From NCBI GenBank assembly GCA_044375675.1, contig JBILMD010000007.1, positions 7,737 to 71,736 of the forward strand: 64,000 nucleotides of DNA, given 5' to 3'. Numbering within the stretch: position 1 is the stretch's first letter; every line of letters starts with the position of its first letter. Positions 50,530 to 57,844 of this stretch are shown here, piece by piece. The notes beneath the pieces are model-generated. The model saw nothing but the letters and a program-made list of their open reading frames with translations, had not been told where the DNA came from and did no database searches. Origin of the DNA: Alphaproteobacteria bacterium (GTDB taxonomy: Bacteria; Pseudomonadota; Alphaproteobacteria; JAJTHO01; CANGYM01). The translations under genes were made by a program, and so were the position numbers.

Positions 50530-52047
50530 TTGGCCCCGCTGCTTCTCATTTCCGTTATTATCATTGCCACCTGCGGTCTTGTTTATGAGCTGATCGCAGG
50601 TACGGCGGCGAGTTATCTGCTGGGTGATTCGGTCACGCAGTTTTCCACCGTGATAGGATGTTATTTGTTTGCCATGGGGATTGGTTCGTGGCTAGCGCAG
50701 TATGTAAACCGTAATCTGCTGGGTTTTTTTGTCCGTATAGAAATTCTGGTCGGGGTGATTGGCGGGTGTTCGGCGGCGCTGTTGTTTTTGCTGTTTGACC
50801 ATGTGGCATCGTTTTATGTCCTGCTGTATTCATTGGTGGGAATTATCGGAATATTAGTGGGGGTGGAAATCCCGCTGCTGCTCAGGATTTTGAAAGATCA
50901 ATTTGATTTTAAGAATCTTGTTTCCCGTGTGTTGGCGCTTGATTATCTGGGTGCGCTGTTTGCCTCGATTTTGTTTCCACTAGTTTTAGTGCCGCATTTG
51001 GGGCTGATTAAGTCCAGCTTTATGTTTGGTATCCTTAATATTGGGGTGGCGTTATGGCTGCTGTATTCCTCTTATAGCCATCATATACCTGCTGTTCGTT
51101 ATTACCGCGTCTCGGCAATTGCCGCGATGTTGTTGCTGCTTGCAGGCTTTATTTATTCTGAAAAATTAATGAGTGTGGCCGAGGGCAGCGCCTATCAAGG
51201 TACCGTTATTTTCGCTGAATCAACGCCATATCAGCGAATTGTGGTGACGCGGGCGGGGCAGGATGTGCGGCTGTTCCTCAACGGCAATCTACAATTTAGC
51301 TCGGCGGATGAATACCGCTATCATGAAGCATTAGTTCATCCGGCTTTAGCATCACTTGATGCGCCGAAACGTGTGTTGATTATTGGCGGCGGTGATGGGT
51401 TAGCGCTGCGCGAAGTGCTTAAATATCCGTCGATTGAAAATGTGGTATTAGTGGATTTAGATCCAGCTATGACGCGGCTTTTTTCCGACCATTCGCTGCT
51501 GTCTGCACTTAACCAGCAGGCGCTGGCCTCGCCGAAGGTAAAGGTGCTCAATAAAGATGCGTTCATTTGGTTGAAAGATGTGGTGGGAAGTGCCACGCCA
51601 CCACAGTTTGATGCGGTGGTTATAGACGTGCCAGATCCTTCCAATTTTTCCATCGGCAAACTCTATTCGGTGTCTTTTTACCGCCTGCTCCATAAAATTG
51701 TTCACGATAAAAGTCGAATTGTGGTGCAAAGCACCTCACCGTTGGTGGCGCGAAAATCTTTCTGGTGTGTGAATAATACGTTAGAGGCAGCAGGCTTTAA
51801 CACTACGCCCTATCATGCTTATGTGCCATCGTTTGGCGAATGGGGCTTTGTGATGGCGGGGCGTGGCACTTATAAAATGCCTGCCTCTTATCCTAATGGC
51901 TTGCGCTATGTGAGCGTAGATACCGTGCGCGAAATGTTTCATTTCCCCAGCGATATGGCACGGGTGAATACGAAAATTCAAAAACTTGATGACCAAGCCC
52001 TGATTCAATATTTTGAAGAAGAATGGGCACGGTATTTGGTGTATTAA
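50530..52047 (+). CDS. speE: Membrane-bound polyamine aminopropyltransferase (N-terminal ~7-TM MFS-like domain)
   Basis: CGLVYEL, AMGIGS; YHEALVHP, IIGGGDG, VDLD, IDVPDP; TTG start. Confidence 0.88.
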   Translation: MAPLLLISVIIIATCGLVYELIAGTAASYLLGDSVTQFSTVIGCYLFAMGIGSWLAQYVNRNLLGFFVRIEILVGVIGGCSAALLFLLFDHVASFYVLLYSLVGIIGILVGVEIPLLLRILKDQFDFKNLVSRVLALDYLGALFASILFPLVLVPHLGLIKSSFMFGILNIGVALWLLYSSYSHHIPAVRYYRVSAIAAMLLLLAGFIYSEKLMSVAEGSAYQGTVIFAESTPYQRIVVTRAGQDVRLFLNGNLQFSSADEYRYHEALVHPALASLDAPKRVLIIGGGDGLALREVLKYPSIENVVLVDLDPAMTRLFSDHSLLSALNQQALASPKVKVLNKDAFIWLKDVVGSATPPQFDAVVIDVPDPSNFSIGKLYSVSFYRLLHKIVHDKSRIVVQSTSPLVARKSFWCVNNTLEAAGFNTTPYHAYVPSFGEWGFVMAGRGTYKMPASYPNGLRYVSVDTVREMFHFPSDMARVNTKIQKLDDQALIQYFEEEWARYLVY

Positions 52048-52059
52048 AGGAGAAAAGAA

Positions 52060-52968
52060 ATGGCAGGCGGTTCAAGAAAAGTTATTATTATTTCGCTCTT
52101 TGCAAATTTTGGTATTGCAGTCTCGAAGCTGGCGGGCGCATTTTTTACTGGTAGCGCGGCCTTGATGGCCGAAGCAGTCCACAGCTTTTCTGATTGTGGC
52201 AATCAGGGGTTATTGCTGTATGGCGGCGCGGTTGCAAAAAAACCGCCCTCTGCCCGTTATCCGTTGGGACGCGGCAAGGAGATGTTTTTCTGGTCGTTTG
52301 TGGTGGCGTTGCTGCTGTTTACTATGGGCGGGATGTTTAGTTTGTATGAAGGCATTCATAAGCTGCAACATCCAGAAGCGTTGCATTATCCCGTGGTGGC
52401 TATTGCCATTTTGTTGGTAGCTATTGCTTTGGAATCTTTTTCAATGTGGGCGTGTTATAAAGAAGTGCAGCTGCAAAATACATATGGTTCACTTTGGCAA
52501 TGGATACAGCGTACATCATCAGCGGATTTACTGGTGATTTTCCTTGAGGATTTAGCCGCACTGCTAGGGTTATTCATTGCGCTGGCGGCGTTATCCGCAG
52601 CGTGGATAACTGGCAATCCGTTTTGGGATGGATTGGGATCGTGCGTAATCGGCGTGCTATTACTTGTTGTTGCTGTCGTGTTGGCGCGCGAAGTTAAGCC
52701 AATGCTGATTGGTGAGCGGGCATCAACGGATTACAAGAAAAGTCTTGCCCCCCTTGCTACACAACATTTTTCTGGCGGGAAATTGCTTACAGTGCTGGCA
52801 CTGCAACAAGGCGTTGGTGCTGTGTTATTGGCTTATAAACTACACCCAGGAGATTTGTCCGTTTCCACTGCGGTTCTCATGGATAAAATCAACGCTTTTG
52901 AGAAAGCCGTACGCGCACAACACCCAGAAATTCAGTGGCAATTTGCTGAAATTGATGTTGAGTCGTAG
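52060..52968 (+). CDS. Cation diffusion facilitator family transporter
   Basis: AEAVHSFSDCGNQ, YPLGRGKE, FLEDLAAL; 6 TMs. Confidence 0.85.
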   Translation: MAGGSRKVIIISLFANFGIAVSKLAGAFFTGSAALMAEAVHSFSDCGNQGLLLYGGAVAKKPPSARYPLGRGKEMFFWSFVVALLLFTMGGMFSLYEGIHKLQHPEALHYPVVAIAILLVAIALESFSMWACYKEVQLQNTYGSLWQWIQRTSSADLLVIFLEDLAALLGLFIALAALSAAWITGNPFWDGLGSCVIGVLLLVVAVVLAREVKPMLIGERASTDYKKSLAPLATQHFSGGKLLTVLALQQGVGAVLLAYKLHPGDLSVSTAVLMDKINAFEKAVRAQHPEIQWQFAEIDVES

Positions 52969-52970
52969 TC

Positions 52971-53348
52971 ATGGAAGCTGTCTTGGAGATTTTGGCGGAA
53001 GTTATCATTCAGCTTTTCGGTGAGATGTTGTTGGAATTGGGGTTTCACAGTATGGCGAGTGTTTTTGAGCGCAAACGCTCCCCTACTATGATTTTTTTTG
53101 GCTACTGCTTATGGGGGGCAATCCTTGGAGGAATCAGTTTATGGCTTTTTCCTGTATCTTTTGTCAAAACACCTGAAGTGAAAATTATTAATCTTATTAT
53201 CACGCCAATTGCTGTTGGTGGTGCCATGGTGTTGATTGGAAAATGGCGCACGCATAAGGGGCAAGATCTTATCCCTCTCAACAAGTTCTTCTACGGGTTT
53301 ATTTTCGCTCTTAGTATGGCGCTAGTGCGTTATGGGTGGGCGAAATGA
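52971..53348 (+). CDS. Hypothetical membrane protein
   Basis: Acidic-hydrophobic N-terminus and 3-4 TMs; coupled to both neighbours. Confidence 0.65.
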   Translation: MEAVLEILAEVIIQLFGEMLLELGFHSMASVFERKRSPTMIFFGYCLWGAILGGISLWLFPVSFVKTPEVKIINLIITPIAVGGAMVLIGKWRTHKGQDLIPLNKFFYGFIFALSMALVRYGWAK

Positions 53349-54976
53349 ACCTCACCCGCCGCCAATTTGCTAAACTTTCTCTTGCGGCTGTTGGGGCAAC
53401 CGCACTCAGCGGCTGGGGCTTGAGCAAAGGGATAGGAAGCATCGGCTCAATACCGCCCATCACGGGGCAGATTATTGGTGCCTCGGCAGCTTTGGGGCAC
53501 AAACTGCGCACTGGCGGTTTTCCCGCACCTAATCGAACGCTGGAACATGATATTGTCATTATCGGTGGCGGTATTGCAGGACTGGGTGCGGCATATATCC
53601 TAAACAAAGCGGGCGTAGAGAATTTCACCTTGCTGGAACTGGAGAACCACACAGGAGGTAATTCTTCTAGCGGAAAAAATGCGGTCTCTGCCTATCCGTG
53701 GGGGGCGCATTATGTGCCGTTACTCACCGAAGAATCCACCGCCCCGCGTCGTCTGTTTGAAGAACTAGGTATTATTACAGGCTATGAAAAAGGTCTCCCC
53801 GTCTATAATGACTTTTACCTGTGTGCTGCCCCCCATGAACGACTGTATCGTTTGGGGCGTTGGCAGGATGGATTAGTACCTAATGTTGGTACAACAGCAG
53901 AAGAGCAGGCGCAATTTAAGAAGTTTTTTGTACTCATGGAAGGGTATAAAACCGCCAAAGGGGTGGATGGTCGCAAAGCCTTTGCTATTCCTGTTGATAA
54001 AAGTTCCACAGATACAGTGTTTCGCGCTCTTGATACCCTGACTATGACCGATTGGCTGCACCAGCACGACCTTACTGCGGAGCCGTTACACTGGTATGTA
54101 AACTACTGCTGTCGTGATGACTATGGAACCTTAGTGAGCGATACATCTGCATGGGCGGGCATCCACTATTTCGCCGCGCGCACGGGGCGGGCAGCGAATG
54201 CTGACCCGCAGGATGTGGTAACATGGCCAGAGGGTAACGGTTGGCTGGTAGAAAAACTGCGAAATCCACAAAAAACACAAGTGCAAACGAACGCGTTGGT
54301 GTACAGCGTTCGCAAAACACCAAGCAGCGTTGCGGTTGATTACTATGATGCAAGCACTCGTGAGACCGTGCGCATAGAAGCAAAAACTGCTATTATGGCA
54401 ACGCCGCGCTTTATTGCGGCGCGGCTTACAGACGGTTTGAGCGCGGAGGGTTTTTCCTATTCGCCGTGGGCGGTGGCTAATATTACACTGAAAACATTGC
54501 CAAAAACCGGAGGTGCGCCGTTATCATGGGATAATGTGTCATATAACAGCCCGCTGCTCGGCTATGTGGTTGCAACCCACCAGATACCTCAAGCGCATCC
54601 GCTTAAAACGGTGCTGACGTATTACTGGCCGCTGACCCATATATCTCCTTTAGAGGCACGGAAAGAGGCGTTAGCTCGCAGTTATCAGGACTGGCAGGAT
54701 GCTTTCTTACAAGACCTTTACACCACCCACCCCGATCTGAAAGGACAGGTGGAACACCTTGATGTGTGCTTGTGGGGACACGCAATGGCTAGGCCAATAA
54801 GGGGATTTATTTGGGGCAAAGAACGGCAAGAAGCGTTGCGCCAAGAGCCGCCGCTGTTTTTTGCCCATTCGGATATGAGCGGCATGTCTATTTTTGAAGA
54901 AGCATACACCCACGGCGTGGTGGCAGCGGAACAAGCAATGACGTACCTGCGTCATCCCTATCAATCGGTGCTGTGA
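53345..54976 (+). CDS. Tat-signal FAD-dependent oxidoreductase (amine-oxidase-like)
   Basis: TRRQF twin-arginine signal; IIGGGIAGL, WGAHY, YCCRDDYG, TWPEGNG, HSDMSG.SIFEEA. Confidence 0.82.
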   Translation: MNLTRRQFAKLSLAAVGATALSGWGLSKGIGSIGSIPPITGQIIGASAALGHKLRTGGFPAPNRTLEHDIVIIGGGIAGLGAAYILNKAGVENFTLLELENHTGGNSSSGKNAVSAYPWGAHYVPLLTEESTAPRRLFEELGIITGYEKGLPVYNDFYLCAAPHERLYRLGRWQDGLVPNVGTTAEEQAQFKKFFVLMEGYKTAKGVDGRKAFAIPVDKSSTDTVFRALDTLTMTDWLHQHDLTAEPLHWYVNYCCRDDYGTLVSDTSAWAGIHYFAARTGRAANADPQDVVTWPEGNGWLVEKLRNPQKTQVQTNALVYSVRKTPSSVAVDYYDASTRETVRIEAKTAIMATPRFIAARLTDGLSAEGFSYSPWAVANITLKTLPKTGGAPLSWDNVSYNSPLLGYVVATHQIPQAHPLKTVLTYYWPLTHISPLEARKEALARSYQDWQDAFLQDLYTTHPDLKGQVEHLDVCLWGHAMARPIRGFIWGKERQEALRQEPPLFFAHSDMSGMSIFEEAYTHGVVAAEQAMTYLRHPYQSVL

Positions 54977-56061
54977 TGCGTGCGCAACCGTGGATTTTCT
55001 CAGCCCGTTTTGACAGTGCATTTATTCTAGCACCAGCCCTTATTGTATCTTTGCTGGCGATTCTTTTGTACGAACAGGCGCAAGCGCTTGCTGAAACACC
55101 GCTGTGGCTATGGGTGTTATTGATTGTGGGAGTAGATGTTGCCCATGTCTATAGCACCCTGTTTCGTAGTTATTTTAACCGCCATGAGTTGCAGGCGCGA
55201 CCTGCCTTATACACCTTGGCGCCGCTGTGCGCTTTTGTTGGCGGTTGTATGCTTTATAGCATTGACGCATTGGTGTTTTGGCGGGCGTTGGCCTATCTTG
55301 CCGTGTTTCATTTTGTGCGGCAACAGTACGGTTTTATGATGCTGTACAGCAGGGGCGAAAAGAATCCGCCAGCTTGGTATAAACGCATCGACAAAATGGC
55401 GATTTACGGTGCAACGCTGTTTCCGTTGCTCTATTGGCACACCCATACGCGCACATTCCATTGGTTTGTTAAGGGGGATTTCTGGCACCTGCCAGTGCCT
55501 TTGCTGGCAAGTGCAGCGGGAGGTTTGTATATACTGATTTTGTTGGTCTATGTTTATAAAGAATACTGCCTGTGGCGTAAGGGACAGTTCAATCTGCCGC
55601 GTAATTTGCTGTTATTGGGGACGATGCTGTCATGGGGTATCGGCATTGTGCTGTTTGATAACGATTTGCTCTTCACCGCCACCAACGTAATTGCCCATGG
55701 CATACCGTATTTGGCGTTAACGTGGGGCTATGGGCGCAACGAAGCCGTACTCAACGCGCCGTGGTGGAAACCGCTGTTTCGACCTACTGCTGCGCCCTTA
55801 TACATCGGGGGGTTGGTATTGTTTGCCTACCTCGAAGAAGGACTGTGGGACGGGTTACTGTGGCGCGAGCATACAGCCGTTTTCAAAGCGTTTCAAAACT
55901 TGCCGTTTGTCCACACGCCAGAAATATTGATGTGGCTCGTGCCGTTGCTTGCTTTGCCGCAAGCAACCCATTATATTCTGGATGCATTCTTATGGCGGCT
56001 GCACAGCGGTGCCCCTGAATGGAAACGTATTCTTTTTTTAGAGCAGAAGATAGTAATATGA
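54976..56061 (+). CDS. Polytopic membrane protein with four TM His motifs
   Basis: ~8-9 TMs; DVAHVYST, FHFVRQQYG, AHGIPY, THYILD. Confidence 0.7.
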   Translation: MRAQPWIFSARFDSAFILAPALIVSLLAILLYEQAQALAETPLWLWVLLIVGVDVAHVYSTLFRSYFNRHELQARPALYTLAPLCAFVGGCMLYSIDALVFWRALAYLAVFHFVRQQYGFMMLYSRGEKNPPAWYKRIDKMAIYGATLFPLLYWHTHTRTFHWFVKGDFWHLPVPLLASAAGGLYILILLVYVYKEYCLWRKGQFNLPRNLLLLGTMLSWGIGIVLFDNDLLFTATNVIAHGIPYLALTWGYGRNEAVLNAPWWKPLFRPTAAPLYIGGLVLFAYLEEGLWDGLLWREHTAVFKAFQNLPFVHTPEILMWLVPLLALPQATHYILDAFLWRLHSGAPEWKRILFLEQKIVI

Positions 56062-56537
56062 GATCTGTCATTTCTCCAGGTATTCACCTGTTACTCGATT
56101 TTTATGGGGCAAAAAATTTACAGGATAAACAAGGAATTAATAATGTGTTACATGATGCTGCTACGGCTTGTGGAGCAACTGTCTTACAAATAATACTACA
56201 TTTTTTTGGCGAAGAGGCGTGTTGTACACCTAACTTAGAGTACGGTGTAGAGGGTTTGTTATACGATGGCTCTGGTAAGCAGGCTGGCATTACTGGGGTG
56301 GCAATTCTAGCCGAATCTCACATCAGTATTCACACATGGCCGGAAACTGGTTATGCCGCGCTGGATATTTTTGTGTGCGGAAATTGTAATGCGCACAAAG
56401 CTGTGCGTGTGTTGCAAGACTTTTTTTGCCCTGAGAGAATGGTGATTGTAGAGCAGATGCGTGGTAATGAATCAGACAAAAAATATGACACCACTATGAC
56501 TGTCAAACAAGTTGACACGACTGACACCGCTGGTTGA
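56058..56537 (+). CDS. speD: S-adenosylmethionine decarboxylase proenzyme
   Basis: GIHLLLDF, GATVL, GVAILAESHISIHTWPE (self-cleavage E|S), DIFVCG; ATGA overlap with the upstream gene. Confidence 0.9.
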   Translation: MRSVISPGIHLLLDFYGAKNLQDKQGINNVLHDAATACGATVLQIILHFFGEEACCTPNLEYGVEGLLYDGSGKQAGITGVAILAESHISIHTWPETGYAALDIFVCGNCNAHKAVRVLQDFFCPERMVIVEQMRGNESDKKYDTTMTVKQVDTTDTAG

Positions 56538-56617
56538 CAGAATTGGTTGACACGGGTTGACAAGGAAACGGCAGAAAAGCTGATAGTTCAGGAGGTTTTG
56601 TCAACCGAATGTCAACC
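56501..56617. repeat. Convergent GGTTGACA/TGTCAACC iteron-like array
   Basis: gttgaca at 56511, ggttgaca at 56532, 56545 and 56555; tgtcaacc at 56599 and 56610. Confidence 0.7.
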
Positions 56618-56849
56618 TTGTGAAAACGCCTGACGCTAAAGAAATGGTGCGCTCAGCCCACCCGCATAGGTTTTGAGCGAAACAGTACCTGCTTTTTTTG
56701 CCAGTGAAAGGAACCCAAGCCCCCTAGCCGATGGTTTGACTGTAGGGTGTTGTTTTTATGATATCAAGCATTAATACTGACCGCCCGCAACCGTGCGCAA
56801 ACAAAAGCATTGGCGCGTATGCTGACAACACACGCGCCGTTGCTGGTGA

Positions 56850-57554
56850 TCAGGAAGCAGCCCGCCATTTGGTTTCTCGCTCCAGTTGTTCCAGCTTATA
56901 CTTGCTGTCACCAAAGAGCTTGAGTTGCTCTGCAAGATGCACGGCAGCAGTGTCGGCCTTCCATGCTTCATCGAGAATATCAGCGTTATAGAGTGGATGC
57001 GTATCTACCGGGCGGCGGAACAAGTTATGATTGGCATCCAGCAGCGACGGGATTTCCATTTCAAACAGGCTGCGGGTGTATCCCGTCACAGTGCCGATGG
57101 TGATTTGCACCGCATACAACCGAAACATGATAGCGTTGAGGTGTGCGACTGTCTGCCGCCATTCTTCCTCCAAATCAGCGCGATAGGTTTCAGACAGCTC
57201 AAACAGCAGCACGGTCATGCTTTCCATCTGAGCAGGCAACTGCTGTTGCAGTTCTGCCTGCTGCTGATGCAGGGCTTCTTCGGCGGCCTGTAAGCGTTCC
57301 TGCCTTTCGCGTAAAGCAGACAGATTAACAGCAACGGCTTGTTCCCCTTCGGGCGTGCTGTCACCCAGCAGGCTTTGCGCCTCCAAGGCGCCCGCTTGGC
57401 GGATGATAGCCTGCCGTTCGGTTTCAAAGGCGGCTTTTTTATCGGCCAGGGCTTTGAGGGCAGACGCCAGTTTCTGCTGTTGTTCAAGGTAGGTTAGGAT
57501 GGGTTTGAAGGCTTTCTGCGTGGCAGCCAGTTGTTTTTGGGTAGTGGTTTTCAT
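56850..57554 (-). CDS. Hypothetical coiled-coil protein
   Basis: GGAGA RBS before ATG 57554; Q/E/A/L-rich heptads. Confidence 0.65.
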   Translation of the reverse strand: MKTTTQKQLAATQKAFKPILTYLEQQQKLASALKALADKKAAFETERQAIIRQAGALEAQSLLGDSTPEGEQAVAVNLSALRERQERLQAAEEALHQQQAELQQQLPAQMESMTVLLFELSETYRADLEEEWRQTVAHLNAIMFRLYAVQITIGTVTGYTRSLFEMEIPSLLDANHNLFRRPVDTHPLYNADILDEAWKADTAAVHLAEQLKLFGDSKYKLEQLERETKWRAAS

Positions 57555-57632
57555 GGGATGTCTCCGGTAATTGAATGGATGGGAAAAATGCAAAAACACG
57601 GAAGCATCAGGGCGGCAGCCCGCTGGGTGGGC

Positions 57633-57844
57633 GTGACGGACAGGTGACGCGACCGTGACGCGGAAAACCCTCCCAACACCGCCGTTGTGCTGAGATGACG
57701 CACTTTTGACCGATACCTTTATATATAGGGGGGATTATATTGATAACCGCCCATATACGATGGGTGGGGTTTAAGTATGTCATCTCAGCACTTCCGCCAT
57801 TTTTTGGCCATTTTTGTGTCACAACTGCGTCACCCATGCGTCAC
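57633..57844. repeat. Symmetric iteron array, putative replication origin of the element
   Basis: GTGACG at 57633, 57644 and 57655; 13-bp IR at 57687 and 57779; AT-rich core; GTCAC units at 57816, 57827 and 57838. Confidence 0.75.

Noticed and set aside
56645-56656. tggtgcgctcag, reverse complement of a tRNA-like 3' end (CTGAGCGCACCA)
   Set aside because: Only 12 bp, no T-arm, and explained equally well by a local cgctca/tgagcg hairpin; cannot be supported as an att site
56501-57844. Repeat arrays considered as CRISPR
   Set aside because: Units are 6-8 bp, convergent, without 30-40 bp spacers, and no cas genes are present
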